From the UHGV virus genome UHGV-0127427: 19,497 nucleotides of DNA; one strand, written 5' to 3'. Position 1 is the stretch's first letter. Every line of letters starts with the position of its first letter. Positions 1 to 7,950 of this stretch are shown one piece after another. The notes under the pieces were generated by a model. The model did no database searches. It was not told where the DNA came from and worked only from the letters and a program-made list of their open reading frames with translations. The stretch is from a virus. The position numbers and the translations under genes were made by a program.

Positions 1-1
1 T

Positions 2-1693
2 ACGATTTTTTCCGAATTCTGCGGTTCCCCCGACATCCATCATCTGACGTTGCCATGGACACCAGCCAGTGTCGCACAGCGTAACGGTCGCGGTGCCCGA
101 GTTGGCTCCAACCGTGCAAGCGTTCGCGTTCATTACTACTGCGGCAAGGGTTCTTTCGATGAATACCGACTGAAGACGCTGAAGCGTAAAGCAGGCTGGA
201 TCTCCGATATCCTCCGTTCAGATAAGTCAGAAATGGAGAACGCCGACGCCAACGATATGATCGAAATGCAGATGTATACCGCTAAGGATGATGGCGAACG
301 TCTGGCAATGATGCAGGTTCAAATGGATAAGGCGAAAGCCGCGCAACGCGCCCGCCAGAAAGAACAGGCCGCTATCGACCTTCAGAACTACATCAAGGCG
401 CAACATGCAGCTGGCGAGGATGTTGCGGCTCTTACCGCTGAATTAGAGCGAAGTAAAGCGGAACTTGAAAAGACCACCGCCGAGGTAGCTAAATTCAAAC
501 AGGCGGTAATGGCCAAAGCAGCTGATAATGCAGACTGGAAGGCCCGCTGGGGTAGCGTCCATCACACAGACCGTACGTTGTTAGCACATTATCGCGCGTC
601 GTTGAAAAGCGCCATTCAGCGCAAGGCTAATATCACTCAAGCCATCTCCCGCTATGAGAAATTATTGAACCGTACTCAGAAGGCCGCGACGGATATCAAA
701 CGCCTGCGCCCGCTGGTGGAGGATGCAATAAATAAAGGCATTCTGGATGTTGATCCTGATCTGGTTAACCATGCGAATGAGTTCCTTGTTATCGGCGATC
801 GCTCATGGCGTGTAGGCCAATACTACGATTGTGCCGGTGATATCGTTCGCATTAAGTCGCTGGACTTCGACAGCCAGCGCGCAGACGTGGAGATCATCTT
901 TACCTTCAAAGGCACCAAATCGGGTAACTGGGATGTGAAGACGCTGGATAAACAGGTGGATGTAACTCCCGATGAAGATGCTGTTATGCAGAAAATCAGT
1001 GGTGGCGTCTCCATCGCCGGGATTAACGACATCATTTCCTGTGACGATTTCTACCGTTTCCAGCAGCGCGGCATGATCAAAATCACTGACTCATACGGCG
1101 TTCAGACTACAGAGTCAGGCTATAGCATTGATTTTGTTGGTACCTATACGGACCCACTGAAGCATGCGGTTTACCCGGATCGCCGTGACGGCGCGCTGAA
1201 GTCGTCAATTGCAAAATGGGTGCTTGGTATGATGTCGGAAGGGAATAACCGCCAGGTCCGTTTGGCAGAAGTATTCCTGACTGAACTGTTTGGCTCCAAT
1301 TATGGCGAAGTAATCGCGTCATACGGAGATACGCTATCCCCTGAAGCAATTCAGGAGAAAATAGCGGATGCGATCGCCAGAATGCCGGAGAAAACAAGCC
1401 AGGGGGCTACTCGTAACGGGGATTCTGAACTTGAGGTCACCAATGCCATTTTCGGTACCCATGAGTTCCGGGCGTCAGATTATGAGATCACCACAGCACA
1501 GTTTGGCACCATTGGCATTTACAGCAATAAAGACGAGATCAAGCAGGCAATGGACGCTGCAAGCGCGCGTATTGCAGCAGAACGGAAAGCCAATCTGAAT
1601 CATGCAGTCGCCGCGCTGACTCAATCGTGGGTAACAGCAATCAGGGAGGCCGCCACCACAGGGAAATCACACCGGCAATTGCGGATGTCGTAA
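2..1693 (+). CDS. darB: DarB-like protein, C-terminal ~560 aa (5' end lies outside the window)
   Basis: Reading frame is open from base 2 to the stop at 1691-1693 (the track's start at 50 is a TTG inside the open frame). A helicase motif VI-like QRNGRGAR lies near the visible N-terminus. Followed in the same orientation by ulx- and lxc-like genes as in P1. Assignment is by synteny and motif, not homology search. Confidence 0.5.
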   Translation, partial: TIFSEFCGSPDIHHLTLPWTPASVAQRNGRGARVGSNRASVRVHYYCGKGSFDEYRLKTLKRKAGWISDILRSDKSEMENADANDMIEMQMYTAKDDGERLAMMQVQMDKAKAAQRARQKEQAAIDLQNYIKAQHAAGEDVAALTAELERSKAELEKTTAEVAKFKQAVMAKAADNADWKARWGSVHHTDRTLLAHYRASLKSAIQRKANITQAISRYEKLLNRTQKAATDIKRLRPLVEDAINKGILDVDPDLVNHANEFLVIGDRSWRVGQYYDCAGDIVRIKSLDFDSQRADVEIIFTFKGTKSGNWDVKTLDKQVDVTPDEDAVMQKISGGVSIAGINDIISCDDFYRFQQRGMIKITDSYGVQTTESGYSIDFVGTYTDPLKHAVYPDRRDGALKSSIAKWVLGMMSEGNNRQVRLAEVFLTELFGSNYGEVIASYGDTLSPEAIQEKIADAIARMPEKTSQGATRNGDSELEVTNAIFGTHEFRASDYEITTAQFGTIGIYSNKDEIKQAMDAASARIAAERKANLNHAVAALTQSWVTAIREAATTGKSHRQLRMS

Positions 1694-1710
1694 ACGACGG
1701 CTCTAAATTT

Positions 1711-2322
1711 ATGGATGCCTATCAAATGGATGCGGTGCAGTTGCCATCAGCCTATGGGCAACTCAGCTATCGCATGACCTACAACCTGGTATCAATGTTT
1801 TCCGACCTTGCCATCCTTGGGCTGGTGGACCTTAACGAGGTTACGCCGGAATTGCTTAGCATGCGCAAGAATCATGTTGAGATATTGCAGAGAATTAACA
1901 CGGTTCTTGCCGGGCGCACCGATGAAGAGAAACAGGCCGACGCTGATCGGATAAACCTGGCCCTAGGCAACATCACGGAGGAAGAAATTGCCGCCAGAAA
2001 CGAGAAACAAGAAGAGTTATCATCAATACAGGGTGATGCCACCAGCATAGCTCAGTCTCTTGGTCTGAATTATCGCGTATCCACCGCCGACCTGAAGATG
2101 ATGTACGCACCAAAATTCGCAGCTGGTGAGGTATTTGGGCTTCAGGAGGCGTCCGGCATGAAAGGCGTTCTTTTCCGTGCTAAAGACGCAATCAAGGAAA
2201 AATTCGGCGCTCGCTGGCTGCCAGCGAAGGCGAAGAACAGCGATTTCCCGGGCAACTGGTGGATTATCGAGACAAAACACAACGTGGCGGACGTTCTGGC
2301 CGTCATCCAACAATACGCATAA
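1711..2322 (+). CDS. hypothetical protein (203 aa from ATG 1711; the ORF extends up to GTG 1627, overlapping the darB-like stop in another frame)
   Basis: Long ORF with protein-like composition, same strand as flanking genes, ATG 18 nt after the upstream stop; no strong Shine-Dalgarno. Could alternatively be a frameshifted continuation of the upstream gene. Confidence 0.45.
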   Translation: MDAYQMDAVQLPSAYGQLSYRMTYNLVSMFSDLAILGLVDLNEVTPELLSMRKNHVEILQRINTVLAGRTDEEKQADADRINLALGNITEEEIAARNEKQEELSSIQGDATSIAQSLGLNYRVSTADLKMMYAPKFAAGEVFGLQEASGMKGVLFRAKDAIKEKFGARWLPAKAKNSDFPGNWWIIETKHNVADVLAVIQQYA

Positions 2323-2355
2323 CAGGAGCGCCCGGTTCGCCGGGCGTCGCATAAT

Positions 2356-2796
2356 ATGGCCACACTATCTGATACAATAAAACCGAATAAAACATATCTT
2401 GAGGCGGTACTCCGTACAGCGTTGTTAGGAAAGACAGAAGACGAATACGTTGATTTCTTCCTGTCAGGGCTACGCGGGCGATTACTGAAAAATCCCCGCC
2501 TGTACCGCAGCTATGGCCCATACTGGCCGGAAATTAAAAAATTATTACTGGAGCGCGGTTATGGTAATTTCGGTCGTCTCGTTGACCGTGACGTTCGCAA
2601 ATTTTACCGTTATGACCGCCCGGCGCTAACACTCATAGCCGCGACGCTCTACAGCCAGGAGCGTTTTGATAATGGTCAGATATACTCAGCCTGGCATTTA
2701 CTGCCAGTCCCTGAAGAAGTTGACGACCAGGACTATGAGTTTGAGTCTTACGATTTGGAAGTTGAAGCCTTGGCACAGGCTGGAGAGAAAACTTGA
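2356..2796 (+). CDS. ulx: Ulx-like protein (gene upstream of lxc), 146 aa
   Basis: ATG-initiated ORF whose stop TGA (2794-2796) overlaps the TTG start of the downstream 82-aa lxc-like gene; position matches P1 ulx. Positional assignment only. Confidence 0.5.
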   Translation: MATLSDTIKPNKTYLEAVLRTALLGKTEDEYVDFFLSGLRGRLLKNPRLYRSYGPYWPEIKKLLLERGYGNFGRLVDRDVRKFYRYDRPALTLIAATLYSQERFDNGQIYSAWHLLPVPEEVDDQDYEFESYDLEVEALAQAGEKT

Positions 2797-3041
2797 AAAA
2801 GCGATACTACACAGTAAAGCATGGGACGCTACGAGCATTACAAGAGTTTGCTGACAAGCATAACGTTGAGGTGCGCAGGGAAGGGGGAAGTAAAGCTCTG
2901 CGCATGTACCGTCCGGACGGGAAATGGCGGACGGTCGTCGATTTCAAAACAAACAGCGTTCCCCAGGGCGTCCGCGACCGGGCATTCGAAGAATGGGAGC
3001 AGATCATCATAGATAATGCTCTGCTACTAAATGCTGACTGA
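2793..3041 (+). CDS. lxc: Lxc/Bof-like C1 co-repressor, 82 aa, TTG start
   Basis: 82-aa ORF (the size I recall for P1 Bof/Lxc) beginning with TTG 6 nt downstream of GGAGA, overlapping the upstream stop (TTGA); no in-frame ATG until codon 38. Confidence 0.6.
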   Translation: MKKRYYTVKHGTLRALQEFADKHNVEVRREGGSKALRMYRPDGKWRTVVDFKTNSVPQGVRDRAFEEWEQIIIDNALLLNAD

Positions 3042-3300
3042 GTTTAATATTACAATATTATCTGGGAGATAAATGCATCTTATTTCCCAGATGATAACTG
3101 ATGTTTTACATATTCACATGGTGTACAATTATAATACTGCCTAAATAGGCACACAAAGTACGATATGCTACTAAAACCACAACTTTTTGATACTTGTTTG
3201 AGGGGGCGGGTTTGCTTTAGTAATTTAATAGCAAAAGCCATTCGTGTATCAAGTAATAACTTACTGAAGGAGGTGTTTTCTAATAAGAGTTTTTTCTTTA

Positions 3301-3801
3301 TTAAACTCTCACTATGTATAGATAATCAGTTAAGTCTCTTAGTTTCCAATGTTTAGATACATCTGAAAGAAATATGCTGCGTACTTTCCCTGAGAAAGTA
3401 GGCATACCAGACTTAAGAAAAGCTCTAAGGTTGTCAACATCACTAAAAATTGAAAGTAATGAAAAAGTTAAAGCATCCTTAAAATCAGGATGTATATGAT
3501 TCTGGTCACTTATATTATCGATCATCCTGATTAATAAATCAGGATAAGCAAAAGACTTTTTTAGCAAATGTGGGCATTTATCCAGAAGTTGCTTCCCTTG
3601 GTGATTGTGACAAGATAAATAGTTTCTTACAGCACTATCATTAAGTTCGAATTCGATATATTTATCTGAATAGGTTTGTAAGAATTCGCGTTCAGAATGT
3701 TTAAGCAACAGCACATCACCATAATTTAATATTAAGAAATCCTTAAGAAATTGAAAATTTATCGGTTTCTTTATAAGGATGAAGTAACAGACTCCTGACA
3801 T
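3301..3801 (-). CDS. hypothetical protein, orphan gene in the AT-rich island (start ATG 3801 preferred; ORF extends to ATG 3813)
   Basis: 166-170 aa ORF in strongly AT-rich DNA; GGTGG lies 5 nt upstream of ATG 3801; no motif recognised. Confidence 0.4.
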   Translation of the reverse strand: MSGVCYFILIKKPINFQFLKDFLILNYGDVLLLKHSEREFLQTYSDKYIEFELNDSAVRNYLSCHNHQGKQLLDKCPHLLKKSFAYPDLLIRMIDNISDQNHIHPDFKDALTFSLLSIFSDVDNLRAFLKSGMPTFSGKVRSIFLSDVSKHWKLRDLTDYLYIVRV

Positions 3802-4035
3802 AGCTACCACCATTCTAAAGAGGCTTTGAACAAGAATAGAGATACAGCAGCACTGAAATCAAGAAGTTGTGCAAAAAATAAAAATATTGATTTGTGTCAT
3901 AGTTGCTGCTTTTTATTATTTAATTTTTATCAATTTCACTACAGATAAATAAATTGACATAGTGTGTAACCCCTGTAAATATAAAGGGCACTTTATCTGC
4001 TAAAGCCAACCAATTTAAAAATAGAGGGTGGGAGC

Positions 4036-4726
4036 ATGGAAGTTATCTACATAGTAGAACCAATCATTTCCACAAGCACTAACAAGTTGATAGCAGTGGA
4101 AGTGTTGAGCAGATTTTATTCCAACGAGGGGGGCTATTCTTTCTACTCAGAAAGTATTAGGTATGTTTACAAGCAAGATGAAGATTAACTTGCTAAAATC
4201 TCAACTTAACACAATAATCAAATATAAGTATTTTTTTGAATGCCATAATATATTATGCTCTATCAATGTAGATTATGATACCTGTTTATATATATATGGC
4301 AATAAACAAATTCAAGAACTACTAATAAACAATAAATTTATAGCGATTGAGATATCAGAAAACTATCCTGATTTAAGCGATGAGGATTACATCATATCCT
4401 TTCTACTGACTTTGACAGATAATGTTTGGCTTGATGATTTTGGAAGTGGTAACGCCACCATGAAAGCATTAATTAAAAATAAATATCATGCAATAAAACT
4501 TGATAAGTCATTTTTTCAAGAGCATATGATTAAGCCTCATTTTGATGTCATTATTAGCAATTTAAAAAAGTTATGTCCGAATATCATCGCTGAAGGCGTC
4601 GAAAACATTGATTGTCATAAGTTATCAAAAGGGATAGGGCTATGGGGCACTCAGGGATATTTTTTCCCATCAATTCCGCTGACGGAGATTGAGTCCATAG
4701 ATAGTAAGTGGCTATCAGATTTATGA
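4036..4726 (+). pseudogene. EAL-domain gene (degenerate EAL-only type) split by a frameshift: frame 1 4036-4188 (50 aa, EVL motif), frame 2 4163-4726 (187 aa)
   Basis: Frame 1 starts at ATG 4036 behind GAGGGTGGGAGC and encodes the EAL-type N-terminus (EPIISTSTNKLIAVEVLSRF). Frame 2 carries the remaining EAL signatures in canonical order: DDFGSGNATMKAL (DDFGTG), IKLDKSFF (KIDRSF), IAEGVE, QGYFFPSIP (QGYLFSRP). The two frames overlap around a G6 run at 4128-4133. Confidence 0.55.
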
Positions 4727-4779
4727 GATGCAGAGAGTTAGGATATTGATATGAACATCTAAGCACCTCATTACTGTGC

Positions 4780-5232
4780 TTAAAAGATGTTATCCTTACC
4801 TGTTAATTTACCTTGAGGAACTTTAGTGAGCTCCATCCGATAAAATGCTTTTATCATATTTACAAATGGCTCATATGGTGAATATTCGTTGTCTTGTTTA
4901 GTAACGGTGTCTGTCATTGTCCTGATGTAGTCTGCGCTTACCACGTTGTTGTTTGCTTCAATTAGTACCGGCCTGCCGTTCATGAAGGGATCACGCAACC
5001 TTACACGCTGGCCAACTCGACCGGTAATAAAGCTGTTTTCCTCTTCCACCAGCACGATAAAACCCTTTTCCTCTTTTTCTCGCAATTCGCGCAGCAGCTG
5101 GAGTTCCATATCGCGGCGGCGTTCAGGGTAGCTGGTCCGCTCAGCCATTATCAGCTCATTGTTGATCCATGCAGCAGTCATTGACGCCGGTTTGCCGACG
5201 CTCATTGAAACAACGCATATTTTCTTATCCAT
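4780..5232 (-). CDS. mat: Mat-like protein (P1 mat position), 150 aa from ATG 5232
   Basis: ORF between ref and the island; ATG at 5232 preceded by GGGG; the track start at 5259 is a non-ATG upstream codon. Positional assignment. Confidence 0.45.
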   Translation of the reverse strand: MDKKICVVSMSVGKPASMTAAWINNELIMAERTSYPERRRDMELQLLRELREKEEKGFIVLVEEENSFITGRVGQRVRLRDPFMNGRPVLIEANNNVVSADYIRTMTDTVTKQDNEYSPYEPFVNMIKAFYRMELTKVPQGKLTGKDNIF

Positions 5233-5243
5233 AGCGCCCCTAC

Positions 5244-5269
5244 AAAAAAGAAAAGCCACCAGCGGCGGC
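5244..5269 (-). terminator. intrinsic terminator-like hairpin plus U-run downstream of ref, ending 11 nt upstream of the mat start
   Basis: Minus-strand sense GCCGCC-GCU-GGUGGC (6-bp stem including one G.U) followed by UUUUCUUUUUU. Confidence 0.45.
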
Positions 5270-5420
5270 TTAGCAATACAACTGAAGGTAGCGCCCGGTA
5301 CTCAGACTGTGCCGTCCATGGAATATTTGAAAGGGGATCCATCCGTACCGGGCATGTGATGATTCTGACTGAAGTCACTTGTCAGTTGTCAATCATTTAT
5401 CATTAAAAATAATATATTTA

Positions 5421-5981
5421 TTAGTGCATGATGTTTGCCATCTCATAGGCGTCAGCCAGTAACTCCATCTCTGACTTGTTCAGCAGGGTGAATTCTTTCT
5501 TGCCTCCAACCACACCATCGGCATGAACAGGGACCAGCCAGGGGTATTTTGCTCTTACTTCAGCCGGAGCTGCATGCTGGTGGTGCCATCTACAAAGAGG
5601 CAATTGCTTTTTATGACAACCCGGCGCGGTACGACCGGCGATATGGTGCAGAGACATCTCATTAGATATTACTCCATGCATATAGCAGGCAATGCAGGGG
5701 AGAGTGCCAAGAGCATTGGCGATGCGCCGTTCCTCCGCCGTTGGTGTTCTCCCCTTCAAGCCACGAGATTTTATTTTTACCGCGCTTTTCCGCGTTTTGC
5801 TGGCTGGTGGGCGCTCTTTCTGTTTAGCGATACGGCGGTCGAGAGTATCCCGCATTTTCTGATATTGAGATTCTCGCCAGACCGGATCAGCCAACTTCTC
5901 CCGTTGCCGAGCGATCGCTCGTTCTCTGGCTGCCTTCTGCCACTTGCGGCACTGTTCAATTTTTTGTTCGATTGTTTTCAT
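5421..5981 (-). CDS. ref: Ref, recombination enhancement function (HNH-family endonuclease), 186 aa
   Basis: 186-aa ORF starting MKTIEQKIEQCRKWQK with Cys/His-rich HNH core (CIACYMHG...HH...CHKKQLPLCRWHH); matches P1 Ref as I recall it; located between mat and cra/cre as in P1. Confidence 0.9.
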   Translation of the reverse strand: MKTIEQKIEQCRKWQKAARERAIARQREKLADPVWRESQYQKMRDTLDRRIAKQKERPPASKTRKSAVKIKSRGLKGRTPTAEERRIANALGTLPCIACYMHGVISNEMSLHHIAGRTAPGCHKKQLPLCRWHHQHAAPAEVRAKYPWLVPVHADGVVGGKKEFTLLNKSEMELLADAYEMANIMH

Positions 5982-5985
5982 ATGG

Positions 5986-6014
5986 CAAAAAAAAAAGGCG
6001 GCCTAATGGCCGCC
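5986..6014 (-). terminator. intrinsic terminator / attenuator-like hairpin (7-bp GC stem, 4-nt loop) plus U10, 5 nt upstream of the ref ATG
   Basis: Minus-strand sense GGCGGCC-AUUA-GGCCGCC followed by ten U, then GCCAU-AUG(ref). Confidence 0.5.
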
Positions 6015-6081
6015 AATGATGTCAAGGAGTGAAGTAATGGCAACGTCTTCGTAGTTGACAAAAACTGCGGCTCAATTATAG

Positions 6082-6098
6082 CGATATATTAGAGCAAT
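6082..6098 (-). promoter_or_regulatory. C1 operator-like site (Op2-type) overlapping a candidate ref promoter
   Basis: Minus-strand sense ATTGCTCTAATATAT (14/17 to ATTGCTCTAATAAATTT) directly followed by CGC and a perfect TATAAT, about 90 bp upstream of ref. Confidence 0.65.
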
Positions 6099-6204
6099 GA
6101 TAGATATTTTGTTTATCGCTAATCACATTTTTTCACTTCAGTACCTGTGTGCTATACTCCTTCTTGATTGATTGGATGCGGAATACAAACCCGCTCTTTT
6201 GTGC

Positions 6205-6232
6205 AGCCTGGCTCCTTGCCAGGCTTTTTTTT
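6205..6232 (+). terminator. plus-strand intrinsic terminator (AGCCUGGC-UCCUU-GCCAGGCU followed by U8)
   Basis: 8-bp GC-rich stem, 5-nt loop and a run of 8 T on the plus strand; no plus-strand CDS upstream, so it probably ends a short non-coding transcript. Confidence 0.5.
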
Positions 6233-6542
6233 ATTTCATCATGGAAGTTGTTAACGCTTTGGACCTTGCTGAACTGATTGAGAGGGCTTTGTCAACGTGC
6301 CCCAAAAATTCGCCAAACTCAGACATCACTTTAGCAAAACCGCGCCGTGCTTCTTCCTCGGTGGCATTCATCACGAAATGTTCAGCACCACGCATACTTT
6401 TGACAGGGAACGCAACGGATATTGAATCAATATCAGGCATTCTATCGCTCAGCTTTACAGTGACAATGACGGCTGGCGACTGAATATTAGTGCTTACAGA
6501 CAGCACTACATATTTTCCGTCGATGTTGAAATCCTTTCTCAC
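6231..6542 (-). CDS. Cra-like hypothetical protein (cre-associated position); start uncertain (GTG 6542 or ATG 6440)
   Basis: ORF immediately downstream of cre on the same strand with protein-like composition (EEEARRGFAKVMSEFGEFLGHVDKAL); no strong RBS at either start. Confidence 0.4.
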   Translation of the reverse strand: MRKDFNIDGKYVVLSVSTNIQSPAVIVTVKLSDRMPDIDSISVAFPVKSMRGAEHFVMNATEEEARRGFAKVMSEFGEFLGHVDKALSISSARSKALTTSMMK

Positions 6543-6558
6543 ATGTCACCATAAATAT

Positions 6559-6575
6559 CAAAGAATTAGAGCAAT
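6559..6575 (-). promoter_or_regulatory. C1 operator-like site in the cre-cra intergenic region
   Basis: Minus-strand sense ATTGCTCTAATTCTTTG (13/17 to consensus; first 11 positions perfect). Confidence 0.5.
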
Positions 6576-6592
6576 CATTTACGCGTTAATGG

Positions 6593-7624
6593 CTAATCGC
6601 CATCTTCCAGAAGGCGCACCATTGCCCCTGTTTCACTATCCAGGTTACGGATATAGTTCATGACAATATTTACGTTGGTCCAGCCACCAGCTTGCATGAT
6701 CTCCGGTATTGAAACTCCGGCACGGGCCATATCTCGCGCGGCTCCGACACGGGCACTGTGTCCAGACCAGGCCAGGTACCTCTGGCCAGAGTCATCCTTA
6801 GCCCCGTAAATCAATCGGTGAGTTGCTTCAAAAATCCCTTCCAGGGCGCGAGTTGATAGCTGGCTGGTGGGTGATGGCGAGGCAACACCATTTTTTCTGA
6901 CCCGGCAAAACAAGTAGTTATTCGGATCATCAGCCACACCAGAGACAGAAATCCATCGTTCGACCAGTTTAGTTACCCCCAGGCTAAGTGCCTTCTCTAC
7001 ACCCGCGGTACTAACCAGAGTTTTCGTTCTGCCAATATGGATTAGCATTCTCCCACCGTCTGTACGTGAGATATCTTTAACCCTGATCCTGGCAATTTCG
7101 GCTATACGTAACAGGGTGTTATAAGCGATCCCCAGAAATGCCAGATTACGTATATCCTGGCAGCGATCGCTATTTTCCATGAGTGAACGAACCTGGTCGA
7201 AATCAGTGCGTTCGAACGCCAATGCCTGTTTTGCACGTTCACCGGCATCAACGTTTTCTTTTCGAATCCGCCGCATGACCAGTGAAACAGCATTGCTGTC
7301 ACTTGGTCGTGGCAGCCCGGACCGACGATGAAGCATGTTTAGCTGGCCCAAATGTTGCTGGATAGTTTTTACTGCCAGACCGCGCGCCTGAAGATATAGA
7401 AGATAATCGCGAACATCTTCAGGTTCTGCGGGAAACCACTTCCGGTTATTCAACTTGCACCATGCCGCCCACGACCGGCAAACGGACAGAAGCATTTTCC
7501 AGGTATGCTCAGAAAACGCCTGGCGATCCCTGAACATGTCCATCAGGTTCTTGCGAACCTCATCACTCGTTGCATCGACCGGTAATGCAGGCAAATTTTG
7601 GTGTACGGTCAGTAAATTGGACAT
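6593..7624 (-). CDS. cre: Cre site-specific tyrosine recombinase, 343 aa
   Basis: 343-aa ORF starting MSNLLTVHQNLPALPVDATSDEVRKNLMDMFRDRQAFSEHTWKMLLSVCRSWAAWCKLNNRKWFPAEPEDVRDYLLYLQARGLAVKTIQQHLGQLNMLHRRSGLPRPSDSNAVSLVMRRIRKENVDAGERAKQALAFERTDFDQVRSLMENSDRCQDIRNLAFLGIAYNTLLRIAEIARIRVKDISRTDGGRMLIHIGRTKTLVSTAGVEKALSLGVTKLVERWISVSGVADDPNNYLFCRVRKNGVASPSPTSQLSTRALEGIFEATHRLIYGAKDDSGQRYLAWSGHSARVGAARDMARAGVSIPEIMQAGGWTNVNIVMNYIRNLDSETGAMVRLLEDGD, near-identical to P1 Cre as recalled; loxP lies 419 bp upstream. Confidence 0.97.
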   Translation of the reverse strand: MSNLLTVHQNLPALPVDATSDEVRKNLMDMFRDRQAFSEHTWKMLLSVCRSWAAWCKLNNRKWFPAEPEDVRDYLLYLQARGLAVKTIQQHLGQLNMLHRRSGLPRPSDSNAVSLVMRRIRKENVDAGERAKQALAFERTDFDQVRSLMENSDRCQDIRNLAFLGIAYNTLLRIAEIARIRVKDISRTDGGRMLIHIGRTKTLVSTAGVEKALSLGVTKLVERWISVSGVADDPNNYLFCRVRKNGVASPSPTSQLSTRALEGIFEATHRLIYGAKDDSGQRYLAWSGHSARVGAARDMARAGVSIPEIMQAGGWTNVNIVMNYIRNLDSETGAMVRLLEDGD

Positions 7625-7631
7625 TTAACAC

Positions 7632-7853
7632 TCAGACAATAGTTTTAAGTAAAGTGTACAGGATTGGCTCTGCCTTTACCTGTTTATGGTTCTCGTCATA
7701 GAAACGCCAGCGACCGCGCGTGCGTTCTATTTTCTCTTCACCGCGCGATAATGACAGTTGGCAACTATCACGATCAAACCCTTTTGCCCGCCAGTAACCA
7801 CGGTTTTTCTCAAGCTCAAGATGAGTGGACACTTTAGCAGCTGAATATCCCAT
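7632..7853 (-). CDS. hypothetical 73-aa protein immediately upstream of cre
   Basis: ATG 7853 preceded by GAGGTG at 4-nt spacing; stop 7 nt before the cre ATG; basic protein (MGYSAAKVSTHLELEKNRGYWRAKGFDRD...). Not a P1 gene I can name. Confidence 0.4.
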   Translation of the reverse strand: MGYSAAKVSTHLELEKNRGYWRAKGFDRDSCQLSLSRGEEKIERTRGRWRFYDENHKQVKAEPILYTLLKTIV

Positions 7854-7950
7854 TTTTCACCTCTGATTGATTGGTGGTGCTAAGTGCGCTACGCGAAATC
7901 TGGAGCACTAACACTGCCAACATTTCGCAGATTTTACGTAGCGCAACCTT

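Noticed and set aside
823-1598. Antisense or alternate-frame ORFs inside the darB-like gene (823-1035, 1107-1397, 1368-1598)
   Set aside because: Embedded in a long, well-behaved coding frame; no independent start signals.
3061-3091. Hairpin TCTGGGAGA-N14-TTCCCAGA after lxc, as an intrinsic terminator
   Set aside because: Imperfect stem, long loop and no U-run; it may still mark the island boundary, but not confidently a terminator.
3208-3225. Possible degenerate C1 operator TTGCTTTAGTAATTTAAT at the left edge of the island
   Set aside because: Only about 12/16 matches, in AT-rich DNA where such matches arise easily; not near an obvious promoter.
4761-4781. Hairpin AAGCAC-N9-GTGCTT between the convergent EAL gene and mat, as a terminator
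   Set aside because: 6-bp stem with a 9-nt loop and no U-run on either strand; at most a weak structure.
5523-6032. 169-aa plus-strand ORF antisense to ref
   Set aside because: Entirely contained within the well-supported ref gene on the other strand; typical shadow ORF.
6172-6483. 103-aa plus-strand ORF antisense to the cra-like gene
   Set aside because: TTG start without RBS, runs through the plus-strand terminator at 6205-6232, and the opposite-strand frame is more protein-like.
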